The notes below the pieces were generated by a model. It searched no databases and was not told the DNA's origin. It saw only the letters and a list, made by a program, of their open reading frames with translations. From Myxococcota bacterium (GTDB taxonomy: Bacteria > Myxococcota_A > UBA796 > UBA2385): DNA of 64,000 nt. The translations under genes and the position numbers were made by a program. Position 1 is the stretch's first letter. Each line of letters begins with the position of its first letter. The DNA is taken from positions 1 through 64,000 of the forward strand of contig JBIJDH010000008.1 of assembly GCA_044344255.1 (NCBI GenBank), given 5' to 3'. Shown one piece after another: positions 28,122-37,968 of this stretch.

Positions 28122-28135
28122 GAGGCCTCCGGAGC

Positions 28136-29404
28136 TCAGTGCTCGCCCGAAGAGACGGGGGGGGTCGGCGGCAAGGGGGTGCCGGTCTCCTTGGCGTTCA
28201 CCAGCAGGAGCAGCTCGTCGGACATCCCCTTCACCCGAACCCACTTCTCCCCGTCCAGCCCCTTGAGAAACATCGTCGGCGTGCCCCGGAGGCCCGCCTT
28301 CGAGCCCGCCTCTGCGTCCGCCTTGACGGCGGCGTGGGTGCGAGGGTCCTTCAAGCAGGCCTGGAACGTCTCCTTGTCGAGCTTGATCTGCTCGGCCATG
28401 AAGAGGATGTCGTCGGGCTTGAGGTACTCCTGGTTCTTGAACATCACCTCGTCCATCTCCCAGAACTTGCCCTGCTGGCGGGCACACTCCCCGGCGTAGG
28501 CGGCCCCACAGGCGTTGGCGTGGCCCGGACCGTCGATCTGGGGGTTGCAGTCCCCGCTCAGGGGGTAGTTCTTGAAGAGGATGCGGATTCGAGGGTTCTT
28601 CTTGACCACCTCGGTCAGCTCAGGCGCGAGCTTCGCGCAGTGGGGGCACTCGAAGTCGGCGTACTCCACCACCGTGAAGGGGGCGCCGGGATCGCCGAGG
28701 ATGGGCTCGGTGCCGTCCAGCTCCACCGTGCCGCCCACCTCTTCGAAGAGGGCGGCGAGGTCGAGCTTGCCCTCCGCGTCGACCGCGGGCGCCTCAATGC
28801 CGGACTTCAGCTGGTTGTAGCCCACCATCCCGACCATGAAGACCACGGCGCCGGCGCCCACAGCCGGCGTCAGGCTGCCATCGCGCCCCCCGACGAGGTC
28901 TCCGAGGCCGGCCCCGAGCGAGACCCCGCTGTCCTTCACGGCGAGCAGGCCGCTCACGAGGATGATGAGGTTCACCCCGTAGAGGCTGATGCACATCAGG
29001 CACCAGGCCCCGACCTGCATGGACGCCCAGGCGAGGAAGGCTGAGTAGCCCACCGAGAGCAGCCCACCGACGGCGGCGAGGTGCGCGGCGCGGCTGTATC
29101 GAGCCGGATCCCGGAGACCGAGCAGCGCCGAGACCAGCGTGGCCGCGTAGAAGCCCGCCCCGAGCAGAGAGATGGGGATGCCCCCCAGCTCCGACCAGCG
29201 GCTGCGATTCACGAGGTCGCAGTTGAAGGTCTCGTTCACCGAACAGAAGGAGTCACCGGAGGAGGGGAGATGTTGGACCGCGAGGTAAAACGCGACCATC
29301 AGCCCCATCACCGAAGCACCCGCCACTCCACCGAGTCGCCTCCAGCTCGAGAGCCCGATGGCGACGATCCAGCCCACAGCGATTCCGCCCAGAATTGGCA
29401 ACAT
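28136..29404 (-). CDS. VKOR family protein fused to a DsbA-like thioredoxin domain
   Basis: FCSVNETFNCD.V..S.W...GIP, WCLMC; VEYADFECPHC, GTPT.F. Confidence 0.9.
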   Translation of the reverse strand: MLPILGGIAVGWIVAIGLSSWRRLGGVAGASVMGLMVAFYLAVQHLPSSGDSFCSVNETFNCDLVNRSRWSELGGIPISLLGAGFYAATLVSALLGLRDPARYSRAAHLAAVGGLLSVGYSAFLAWASMQVGAWCLMCISLYGVNLIILVSGLLAVKDSGVSLGAGLGDLVGGRDGSLTPAVGAGAVVFMVGMVGYNQLKSGIEAPAVDAEGKLDLAALFEEVGGTVELDGTEPILGDPGAPFTVVEYADFECPHCAKLAPELTEVVKKNPRIRILFKNYPLSGDCNPQIDGPGHANACGAAYAGECARQQGKFWEMDEVMFKNQEYLKPDDILFMAEQIKLDKETFQACLKDPRTHAAVKADAEAGSKAGLRGTPTMFLKGLDGEKWVRVKGMSDELLLLVNAKETGTPLPPTPPVSSGEH

Positions 29405-29483
29405 CGCGCCGCCTTAGCTGGCCGAAGGCCGCCCGGCAATCCACGCCGTGCGTCCGACCCCACCCCTTTCCATCGGAGGTGCG

Positions 29484-29981
29484 TCAGCGCTCGTTGAGCC
29501 CGCGCCGGATCTCCCGACGATCATCGCGCTCTTTGATCGCCGCGCGCTTGTCGTGCAGCTTCCGACCGCGGCCGAGGCCCAGCTCCACCTTGATCCACTT
29601 TCCCTGAAAGTAGAGCTGGAGCGGGATGGCGGTGAGCCCCTTCTCCACGGCGCGGCTGCGCCACTTCTCCACCTCGGCGGCCTTGAGGAGCAGCTTTCGG
29701 CGCCTCCGGGGCTCGTGGTTCTGGAAGGGGCCTGCCTGGGGATAGGGCGGGATGAAGCAGTCCACCAGCCACATCTCGTCGTTCTCGAAGGCGACCCAGG
29801 CCTCGGCGAGGTTGCCGTTGCCGCCGCGCAAGGTCTTGACCTCGCTCCCGACCAGGACGAGCCCAGCCTCGATCTTGTCGAGGATCTCGTAATCAAACCT
29901 CGCCTTTCGATTCTCGGCGATCAGCCGACGGGGGCCAGGGGGCTGGCCGCCAGCGGGCCGTTTCGGGGGGGACTGGGCCAA
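29484..29981 (-). CDS. smpB: SsrA-binding protein
   Basis: ENRKARFDY.I...EAGL.L.GSEVK.LR, R.RKLLL, G.GRKLHDKR; TTG start after GGAGGAGG. Confidence 0.95.
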   Translation of the reverse strand: MAQSPPKRPAGGQPPGPRRLIAENRKARFDYEILDKIEAGLVLVGSEVKTLRGGNGNLAEAWVAFENDEMWLVDCFIPPYPQAGPFQNHEPRRRRKLLLKAAEVEKWRSRAVEKGLTAIPLQLYFQGKWIKVELGLGRGRKLHDKRAAIKERDDRREIRRGLNER

Positions 29982-30083
29982 GCGGGCTCCTCCTCCCGGC
30001 GAAGCTAACCGACCGCCCCAGACCGGTGGGGCCGAGCTTCGCGTCCACCGCGCGCTCCCTCCAAAGCCTCGCCGAACCGCATC

Positions 30084-30465
30084 GTCGATCCACTCTGTGA
30101 GTCGATCCACTTTGTGACCCCCCGCATGCGGCCCGGCGAGGCGCTGGGACCCCGAGGCCCGTGAACGTCCCCTCCACCGAGCTGGCGACCGCGCTCCGGC
30201 CTGCGTGGGGTACAGGCGGCGGGAATTACGATAAAACGCCATGTTATCCCTGCAACATCGACGCCGCAGAGGGCACACCGACCCGCACGCCTCGCCGCGA
30301 TCGCCGATCGCCTCGTCCGATCCGCTCGATCGGGTGGATCGGCTCCCCGTGCGAAGATACCGCTCGTGTAAATTCAGGCACTTAGAAAAAGGCCACCCCG
30401 AGGTGTAGCAACGGAGTGGATCGCTGGGTATCTGGGGTGTAACCATGGGGTCTTGAAGTGGATCT
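30084..30465. promoter_or_regulatory. Cluster of five GTGGATC boxes (possible MraZ or other regulator sites)
   Basis: Minus-strand copies at 30086-93 and 30103-10 inside a 17-bp tandem duplication; plus-strand copies at 30334, 30416 and 30458; extra TGGG runs 30425-30450. Confidence 0.5.
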
Positions 30466-30554
30466 CATTCCCCAACCCGCCGGAAGTCAGGTTGGGAGAT
30501 CCAAAGACGAGCCCCCCCTCCTCGCCCCTCGCCCCGCACACGCCCGGCCCCTCG

Positions 30555-31031
30555 ATGCTCCTCCCGTGCCTCAACGCAGAGCTGACGCTCGACCCCAAGG
30601 GTCGTGTGATGGTGCCTGTGGCGCTGCGAACGGCCCTCGACCTGCTCGGGATCAGCAAGCTCGTGGCCTTCGCCAACGGAGGTCCAAAGGGCGGACTCGC
30701 CTTCTACCGAATCGACGACTACGCCAAGATGGCCGAGCAGCACCAGTCGGGCGATCCCCTCGACCCCCGCTCTCGGCTCTTCGCCCTCGCCATCGCCTCG
30801 ACGGCCCAGACGGTGTCCATCGACAACGCCGGCCGGATGTTGATCCCCCAGGAGCTCCGCAACCTCCTGGGCCTCGACCGCGACCTCTGGCTCTTCACCG
30901 CCGGCGCCTGGTTCGAGGTCTGGGACCGCGCCCGCTGGGAGCAGCAGGCCTTCCCCGCTGCGGCCTCCCTGTGGGACCAGCTCTACGGCATGGGCGCCTT
31001 GAAGCCGCCTGCGCCGGGGAGCGGTGGATGA
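30555..31031 (+). CDS. mraZ: Division/cell wall cluster transcriptional repressor MraZ
   Basis: LDPKGRVMVP and IDNAGRMLIP (two DxxGR motifs), FEVWD; first gene before rsmH. Confidence 0.9.
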   Translation: MLLPCLNAELTLDPKGRVMVPVALRTALDLLGISKLVAFANGGPKGGLAFYRIDDYAKMAEQHQSGDPLDPRSRLFALAIASTAQTVSIDNAGRMLIPQELRNLLGLDRDLWLFTAGAWFEVWDRARWEQQAFPAAASLWDQLYGMGALKPPAPGSGG

Positions 31032-32028
31032 TCCGATGCAGCACCCTGCCTTCCACCACGAGACGGTCCTCCGCGGCGCGGTCACCGAGCTCCTCGGCCT
31101 CCGCCCCGGCGGCCGCTGGCTCGACGGCACACTCGGCGGCGGCGGTCACAGCGAGGCCGTCCTCGACGGTACCGGCCCCGACGGCCTCCTCGTCGGTATC
31201 GACCGTGATCGGCAGGCCCTCGCGGCGGCCGGGGCCCGCCTCTCCCGCTTCGGTGAGCGGGCTGTGCTCCTCCACGGACGGTACGGCGACATGGCCGCGC
31301 TCGGCCAACCCTGGGCGCCCTTCGATGGGGTCGTGCTCGACATCGGCACCAGCTCTCCGCAGCTCGATCACCCAGAGCGAGGCTTCTCGTTCATGCGCGA
31401 CGGCCCGCTCGACATGCGCATGGACCCCGCCGATCCCGAGAGCGCCGCAGACCTCCTCGACACGCTGGACGAGGCCGCCCTCACCGACCTCCTCTTTCGA
31501 TACGGCGAAGAGCCGCACGCCCGGCGCATCGCCCGCGCCATCCTCAACGGCCGCCCCTGGCGCCGAACCCTGCCGCTGGCCGAATGTATCGCCAAGGCCT
31601 CTGGCTGGAAGGGCAGCCGCACGCACCCCGCCACCCGCACCTTTCAAGCCCTCCGCATCGCCGTCAACGACGAGCTGGGTGAGCTGGAGCGCGGTCTCGA
31701 GGCGGCCCTCGGGCTCCTCCGACCGGGCGGGCGGCTGGCCGTGATCTCCTTCCACTCGCTCGAAGACCGCATCGTCAAGCGCCGCCTCCGTGAGGCGGCC
31801 GGAAAAGACGCCCCGCGCGACGCCTACGGCTACCCCCTCCACCCCGCCTTCGGCCGCCTGATCACCCCCCAGGGCATCGGCGGCGCGGAGGCCGATCCCA
31901 CCAATCCGCGCGCCCGTTCGGCCCGCCTCCGGGTCTTCGAGCGCGCCGCCGCGGTCGAACCCGGCCTCGGCGAGCCGGCTCCCTCCTCTCCCTCCTCTCC
32001 CTCCTCCCCCTTCTCGCAGCCGCAGTAG
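31024..32028 (+). CDS. rsmH: 16S rRNA m4C1402 methyltransferase
   Basis: DGTLGGGGHS, RGFSF..DGPLDMRMD, HPATRTFQALRIAVNDEL, ISFHSLEDRIVK, NPRARSARLR. Confidence 0.97.
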   Translation: MDDPMQHPAFHHETVLRGAVTELLGLRPGGRWLDGTLGGGGHSEAVLDGTGPDGLLVGIDRDRQALAAAGARLSRFGERAVLLHGRYGDMAALGQPWAPFDGVVLDIGTSSPQLDHPERGFSFMRDGPLDMRMDPADPESAADLLDTLDEAALTDLLFRYGEEPHARRIARAILNGRPWRRTLPLAECIAKASGWKGSRTHPATRTFQALRIAVNDELGELERGLEAALGLLRPGGRLAVISFHSLEDRIVKRRLREAAGKDAPRDAYGYPLHPAFGRLITPQGIGGAEADPTNPRARSARLRVFERAAAVEPGLGEPAPSSPSSPSSPFSQPQ

Positions 32029-32087
32029 CGGCCAAAGCCCAGGCCCGGCTTTGGCCACAGCAGCAGACGCAGCGCTTGGAGATGGCC

Positions 32088-32501
32088 ATGCGGTGGATCC
32101 TCCCGTCCGTTTCTCCCCACCGGTCGAGCCCCTCGACCTCCTCTCCCGAGCCCGTCCTCCCGGGCTCCCCTCTGGCCCCCGTCTCTCCCCCGATCGAGGC
32201 CCTTGAAGGCGGGGGTCTCGAGCTCAGCCACCTGTGGCGCTACCTCGCGGTAGCGGCGCTGGTGGCGACCGCCGCGCTGCTCGCAGCCTGGTCCCGCGTG
32301 GACCTCGTCGAGACGTCGGTGGCCCTGGACAGCGTTGAGGCCCGCCTCACCGCAGCCGAGGAAGAGAACCAGCGCCTGCAGCTCGAGCTCGCCACCGTCA
32401 CGGACCCCGCCTACCTCACGGAGGCGGCGGTCACCCTTCAGCTCGCCAAGGACGTCCACGTGGTCGACGTCCCCCGCACCGGAGCCGTCGCCCACCCATG
32501 A
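32088..32501 (+). CDS. ftsL: Cell division protein FtsL-like
   Basis: Single TM then coiled coil (EEENQRLQLELAT.T.P); lies between rsmH and ftsI. Confidence 0.75.
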   Translation: MRWILPSVSPHRSSPSTSSPEPVLPGSPLAPVSPPIEALEGGGLELSHLWRYLAVAALVATAALLAAWSRVDLVETSVALDSVEARLTAAEEENQRLQLELATVTDPAYLTEAAVTLQLAKDVHVVDVPRTGAVAHP

Positions 32502-34612
32502 GCCGCCCCAAGCCGCCATCGCCGACCCCTTCGATCCTGATCCAGGGTCTGTCGGCGCTGCAGCCCGATCCGAGCGCTGCCCCCGAGGCGGACGCCACGG
32601 TGCGCACCCGGTCGAGCATCCGCTTGGCTTGGGCGGGCGGCTTCATCGGTCTCGGCTACCTCGCGCTCACGGCTCAAGCCTCTTCGCTCATGCTCCTGCC
32701 AGACCCGAAGCTCGAAAACAAGGCGCAGACCCAGTTCGAAGAGGCGGTCGAGGACAAGGGGCGTCGCGGCGATCTGCTGGATCGGAACGGCTACATCCTC
32801 GCCACCACCGTGGCCCTGGAGGAGCTCCACGTCGACCCCGCCCGCCTCGACGCGAAGCGGGCGCAGATGCTGGCGGGTAGCCTCGCCCCCCTGCTCGAGC
32901 GCTCTGAGGCCGAGCTCCTCGGCCGCATCACCCACACGCCGCGGCGTGACGTGGTGCTCGCGCGCGGCCTCACCCCGGGAGAGACCGCGCACATCAAGGC
33001 GGCGACCCGTGAGCTCGGCAAGAAGGACAAGGAGATCCTGAACGGGGTCTGGACCGCGGCGGAGTCCCACCGCTACTACCCAGGACGCGAAGACGCCGCC
33101 TCACTGCTCGGCGTGGTGGGCCACAACGGGTCCGGCATGGCGGGCCTCGAGCGCACCCTCGATCGTCAGCTCCGCGGCGAGACCTTCCGCTACATGCTCT
33201 GGCGAGACCGGAAGGGCCGCCGCGTCACGCCCGACGCCGTGGAGATCGAGGGCGGAAACACGGTGGTGCTCACGCTCGACCACCGCATTCAGCACGTCGC
33301 CAAGGAGGCCATCGCCGAGGCCGTGGCGACCACCGGCGCGCAGTCGGCCCACGCCGTCGTCGTGGATGTCCACACCGGCGAGCTCCTGGCCATGGCCAAC
33401 TGGCCGACCATCAACCCGAACAACACCGCCGACCTCGCCATCGCAGGCATCAAGAACCGCGCCGCCATGGACGCCTTCGAGCCCGGCTCCGTCTTCAAGC
33501 CCTTCATCGCGGCGGCGGCGCTGGAGGAGGGCGTCGCCACACCGGAGTCGATGATCGACTGCGAAGGTGGGGCCTGGGTCGTCGGCGGGAAGGTCATCCA
33601 CGACGACCACCCGCACGGCGCGGTGAGCCTCTCCGAGGTCATCAAGTACTCCTCGAACATCGGCACGGCCAAGCTGGCCTTCAAGCTGGGCGCCGAGAAG
33701 TCGCTCTCCTACCTCACCGCCTTCGGCTTCGGCCGCTCGACCGGCCTCAGCCTCCCCGGCGAGACCCGCGGCACCATGCGGGATGCCGCCACCATCCGGC
33801 CCATCGAGCTCGCCACCACCGCCTACGGCCACGGAGTCACGGCGACCGCGGTTCAGCTCGCGTATGGGATGGCCGCGCTGGGCAACGACGGCGTGCGCAT
33901 GCAGCCGATGCTCGTTCGTGAGGTCCGCGACCCGAACGGCAACGTCATCCGGGTGACCGAGCCCGAGATCGACCGCCAGGTGGTCTCCGTCGACTCCGCC
34001 CGAAAGACGGTGGGGATGATGCTGACCGTCACCGAGGAGGGCGGGACAGGCACCCGCGCCCGGGTGGATGGCTACCTCGTCGCCGGCAAGACAGGCACAG
34101 CTTGGAAGCACATCGAAGGCGGCGGCTACTCCGAGACAGACCGCATCGGCTCTTTCGTCGGGCTCGTCCCCGCCGAAGCTCCCCGCCTCGCGATCACCGT
34201 GGTGGTGGACTCTCCCACCATTGGCTCGAAGTACGGCGGCATCGTCGCCGCGCCCGCCTTCGCGACCATCGCCGAGGTCTCGATGCGGATGCTCGGCGTG
34301 GCGCCCAACCCCGCGCTCATCGCCTCCGACAAGTCGAACGACCCCCACGGCAAGCCGGGCGTCGCCCCCGTGGTGGCCGCCGTCGAACCCGAGCCAGAGG
34401 CGCCGATCGCGCCCCCCGAGCTCCAGTGGATGGACGACGGACGCTTGCGAACCCCCGACCTCACCGGCCTCAGCCTCCGCGACGCCCTCGTCACCCTCCA
34501 GGGCGCCGGCCTCGGCGTCTCGATGCAGGGCAGCGGCCGTGTCGCCGAGCAGGAGCCCGATCCCGGTCTCCCGATCCCCATCGGCGGCCGCGTCGAAGTG
34601 ACGCTCAAGTGA
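32498..34612 (+). CDS. ftsI: Class B penicillin-binding protein (FtsI/PBP3) with PASTA domain
   Basis: RG..LDRNG, RYYP, G.AGLE, EPGSVFK (SxxK), SSN, KTGT; C-terminal PDLTGLSLRDA PASTA. Confidence 0.93.
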   Translation: MSRPKPPSPTPSILIQGLSALQPDPSAAPEADATVRTRSSIRLAWAGGFIGLGYLALTAQASSLMLLPDPKLENKAQTQFEEAVEDKGRRGDLLDRNGYILATTVALEELHVDPARLDAKRAQMLAGSLAPLLERSEAELLGRITHTPRRDVVLARGLTPGETAHIKAATRELGKKDKEILNGVWTAAESHRYYPGREDAASLLGVVGHNGSGMAGLERTLDRQLRGETFRYMLWRDRKGRRVTPDAVEIEGGNTVVLTLDHRIQHVAKEAIAEAVATTGAQSAHAVVVDVHTGELLAMANWPTINPNNTADLAIAGIKNRAAMDAFEPGSVFKPFIAAAALEEGVATPESMIDCEGGAWVVGGKVIHDDHPHGAVSLSEVIKYSSNIGTAKLAFKLGAEKSLSYLTAFGFGRSTGLSLPGETRGTMRDAATIRPIELATTAYGHGVTATAVQLAYGMAALGNDGVRMQPMLVREVRDPNGNVIRVTEPEIDRQVVSVDSARKTVGMMLTVTEEGGTGTRARVDGYLVAGKTGTAWKHIEGGGYSETDRIGSFVGLVPAEAPRLAITVVVDSPTIGSKYGGIVAAPAFATIAEVSMRMLGVAPNPALIASDKSNDPHGKPGVAPVVAAVEPEPEAPIAPPELQWMDDGRLRTPDLTGLSLRDALVTLQGAGLGVSMQGSGRVAEQEPDPGLPIPIGGRVEVTLK

Positions 34613-35086
34613 GCCAGGCCGAGGTCTCCAGCCTCGCCCCATCGCCCAGACATCCGCTTTTCTCGCTACTTTATCTCCTTCAGACTCTCTGATTCTCCAC
34701 CCAAAACCAACCTCCGCTCGGAGCGGGGGGGCTGAAATGCTGCGGTCGGGGCGCGATGTCCTCCATTGCGCCTCTACCGGTCCGCGTCGCGGGCCACTTC
34801 CGGACGTATCTCCAGGGGAGCCGCCACCCCGGCGCATGGATGAAGGCAGCCCTGCCCGACTCCGCGCCACCCACCTTCGGCGTCCCTCCGCGTCCCTCCG
34901 CGACGGCCAGACCACCCGCCATGCTGCCCCCTCTTCCCCCCTGTCGCTGATGCCCCCCTGCTCCGGGCACCCCTCCTCCCGCCGACCCCCGCCCCGTACC
35001 CCTCCCCTCCACCCACGCCGCGCTCCCCTCCCCCCTCCTGCTCAGCCCGAGCGCTCCTGGGGAAGCGTGTCGTCCCCCGCCGCCCC

Positions 35087-36604
35087 ATGTTTTTATCCGC
35101 GCTGATCGAGCTCCTGGCTCCCTTGTCCGTGACCGGACAAACGGACCGGGTCGTCACCGGGGTCAGTCATGACTCCCGGCAGATCGGCGTGTCCGACGTG
35201 TTCGTCGCCATCCCCGGCGCCCAGGCCGACGGCCGACGCTTCGCCCGCGGCCTGCCCTGCGCCGCGGTGGTGAGCGAGCGCCCCGTCGAGGGCGCCCACG
35301 AGGGGGCCACCCTCATCGTGGTGAAGGACGCCCGCTGGGCGCTCGCCCGACTCGCCGCGGCCCTCGAGGGAGAGCCCGGCCGCGCGCTGCCCGTGGTGGG
35401 CGTGACCGGCACGAACGGCAAGACCACCACGACCTTCCTCGTCGAGGCCATCGCCGCCGCCGCAGGCCTCCGCTCGGGGCGAATCGGCACCACCGGCCAC
35501 CGCATCGCCGGCCGGGACCGCGCCGCCAGCCACACGACGCCCGAGGCCCCCGTCCTGCAGCGCCTCCTCGCGGAGGCCCGCGACGCCGGCTGCGCCCTCG
35601 TGGCCATGGAGGTCTCCAGCATCGGGGTCGAGCTCGAGCGGGTGGCCGCCATCCCCTTCCGGGTCGCGGTCTTCACCAACCTCACCCGCGACCACCTCGA
35701 CTTTCACGGGACAATGGAGGCCTACGCCGCCGCCAAGGCTCGGCTCTTCCACGAGCTCCTCGACCCGGGCGGCACCGCCATCCTCAACGGCATGGACCCC
35801 GCCGCCGCCGCGATGCGCCCCCCTCACGCTCGCACCTGGACCTTCGGGCGCGGCGCGCCGCCTGCCGGGCAGCCCCCCTTCGACCTCTGCGTCGATTCGG
35901 TCGAGCTCCGCCTCGGCGGCTGTCGCGCGTGGGTCCGCACCCCGAACGGCGAAGGGCAGCTCGACCTGCAGCTCACCGGCCTCCACAACCTCGACAACGC
36001 CCTCGCGGCGCTGGGGGTCGGCCTCGCCCTTGGCATCCCGCTCGAGCGCTGCCTCGCGGGCCTCGCTGGGCTCCCGTCGGTGCCGGGGCGCCTTGAAGCC
36101 GTCGGGGCAGGCCTCGCCGACGAGACACACGGGCTGCACGTCTTCGTCGACTATGCCCACACCCCGGACGCCCTCGTCCAGGTGCTCGGCACCCTGCGCC
36201 CGCTCACCGAGGGTCGCATCCTGACCGTCTTCGGCTGCGGAGGCGACCGCGACGCGGGCAAGCGGCCCTTGATGGGGGCGGCGGCCTCGGCGGGCAGCGA
36301 CCACGTCTACCTCACCTCGGACAACCCCCGCTCGGAGGACCCCGCGGCCATCCTGGAGCAGATCGCCGTCGGCCTGAGCGGGCCCGCCACGATCGAGGTC
36401 GATCGCGCCCGCGCCATCGAGGCCGCCCTCCGGGACGCACGGCCCGGCGACGTCGTGCTCATCGCCGGTAAGGGCCACGAGCGGACCCAAACGGTCGGCA
36501 AGGCCACGCTCCCCTTTGACGACCACGCCGTCGCGGCCCGGCTCCTCGCCGAGCTCCCCGGTCCTCTCCCTCGGCCCTCGGCCCCACCCCCGGAGCGCCC
36601 GTGA
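35087..36604 (+). CDS. murE: UDP-MurNAc-dipeptide ligase MurE (meso-DAP-type DNPR motif)
   Basis: GVTGTNGKTT, HTTP, MEVSS, NLTRDHLDFH, DYAHTPD, FGCGGDRD, SDNPRSE, AGKGHE. Confidence 0.97.
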   Translation: MFLSALIELLAPLSVTGQTDRVVTGVSHDSRQIGVSDVFVAIPGAQADGRRFARGLPCAAVVSERPVEGAHEGATLIVVKDARWALARLAAALEGEPGRALPVVGVTGTNGKTTTTFLVEAIAAAAGLRSGRIGTTGHRIAGRDRAASHTTPEAPVLQRLLAEARDAGCALVAMEVSSIGVELERVAAIPFRVAVFTNLTRDHLDFHGTMEAYAAAKARLFHELLDPGGTAILNGMDPAAAAMRPPHARTWTFGRGAPPAGQPPFDLCVDSVELRLGGCRAWVRTPNGEGQLDLQLTGLHNLDNALAALGVGLALGIPLERCLAGLAGLPSVPGRLEAVGAGLADETHGLHVFVDYAHTPDALVQVLGTLRPLTEGRILTVFGCGGDRDAGKRPLMGAAASAGSDHVYLTSDNPRSEDPAAILEQIAVGLSGPATIEVDRARAIEAALRDARPGDVVLIAGKGHERTQTVGKATLPFDDHAVAARLLAELPGPLPRPSAPPPERP

Positions 36605-37968
36605 TCTTTCGCGCCGAAGAGCTCGCGGCCGCCACAGGGGGCACCCTCCGCGCCCCCGGCCCCGCCGGCACCATCAGCACCGACAGCCGCCGCGTCCGCG
36701 AGGGTCTGTGGTTCCTCGCCCTCCCCGGCGAGCGCTTCGACGGCCATGACTACCTCCCGCACGTGCTCGCCGCAGGCTGCGCGGGCGCCATCGCCCATCG
36801 CGTCCCCAAAGGCTGGACCGCCGGCTTCGTCGAGGTGGCGGACACCCTCCGCGCCTTACAAGACCTCGGCGCTTACGCGCGCGGCGCCTTCTTCGGACCG
36901 GTCGTGGGGGTGACGGGCAGCGCCGGGAAGACCACCACCCGCGCCATGATCGCCCTCATCGCCGAGGGCCTGGGACCGGTCTACCAGACCGAAGGCAACC
37001 TGAACAGTCAGATCGGGGTGCCCCTCACCTTGCTCGCCGCGCCGCCAGAGGCCCGGGTCTGGGTGATCGAGATGGGCATGGACCGCCTCGGACAGATCGA
37101 CCGCTTGCAGCGGATCAGCCGCCCCGAGGTGCGCCTCATCACCAACGTCGGCCCCGCGCACCTCGAGGGGGTGGGCTCGATCGAGGGCGTCGCCACGGCC
37201 AAGGGCGAGCTCTTCCTGGGCGCCCGGCCCGGAGACACCTGCTGCGTGAACATCGATGACCCGCGGATCGCTGCGCTCCCGATCCCCGAGGGTGTGCGCG
37301 TGCTCCGCTACGGCCGGGCCAAGGGGGCCGACGTTCGGCTCACCGACGCGGTCGTCGACGCCGCCACGCTCTCCACCCGCTATCGGGTCGAGCTCGCCCA
37401 CGGCGGCGCCGTCCTCGGGACCCTCTCGAGCCCCGGCCTCCACCTCGCGCTCGACGCCACCGCCGCCATCGCCGCCGGCGTCGCCCTCCGCCTCCCCGTC
37501 GAGGGTATGGCCGCTCGCCTCGCCCGCTACGAGCCCGTCGGGATGCGGCAGCGCATCGAGGCCGGCCCGGGCGGCATCCGGGTGATCAACGACGCGTACA
37601 ACGCGAACCCCATCAGCACCGCCGCCGCCCTCGAGACGCTCAGCGTCGTGTCCGGCGCGCGCCGCGTCGCCCTCCTCGGCGACATGCTGGAGCTCGGCTC
37701 CTCCGAGGCCAGCGCGCACCGCGAGATGGTGGAGCTCGCCGCCCGATTGAAGCTCGATCTGGTCGGCCTCGCGGGGCCCCGCTACGCCGCCGCCGCCGAG
37801 GCCGCCGGCCTCTCGCACCACCCTGCCTTCCTGCTCGCGCCAGACGCACCCGCCCTCGGTCGGGCGCTCCAACGCCGCCTCCACGCCGGCGACCTCGTCC
37901 TCCTCAAGGGGAGCCGCGGCACGGCCATGGAGCGCGTGCTCCCCGCGCTCGCGCCCGAGGACACCTGA
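36601..37968 (+). CDS. murF: UDP-MurNAc-tripeptide--D-Ala-D-Ala ligase
   Basis: GERFDGHD, VTGSAGKTTT, GNLN..IGVP, EMGM, NDAYNANP, LGDMLELG, LKGSRG. Confidence 0.97.
   Translation: MIFRAEELAAATGGTLRAPGPAGTISTDSRRVREGLWFLALPGERFDGHDYLPHVLAAGCAGAIAHRVPKGWTAGFVEVADTLRALQDLGAYARGAFFGPVVGVTGSAGKTTTRAMIALIAEGLGPVYQTEGNLNSQIGVPLTLLAAPPEARVWVIEMGMDRLGQIDRLQRISRPEVRLITNVGPAHLEGVGSIEGVATAKGELFLGARPGDTCCVNIDDPRIAALPIPEGVRVLRYGRAKGADVRLTDAVVDAATLSTRYRVELAHGGAVLGTLSSPGLHLALDATAAIAAGVALRLPVEGMAARLARYEPVGMRQRIEAGPGGIRVINDAYNANPISTAAALETLSVVSGARRVALLGDMLELGSSEASAHREMVELAARLKLDLVGLAGPRYAAAAEAAGLSHHPAFLLAPDAPALGRALQRRLHAGDLVLLKGSRGTAMERVLPALAPEDT

Noticed and set aside
28136..29404. VKOR-DsbA fusion as a novel system
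   Set aside because: VKOR fused to thioredoxin-fold domains is an established bacterial disulfide-formation architecture.
29405..30450. tmRNA (ssrA) next to smpB
   Set aside because: No tRNA-like 5-prime end or T-arm/CCA 3-prime end is visible on either strand.
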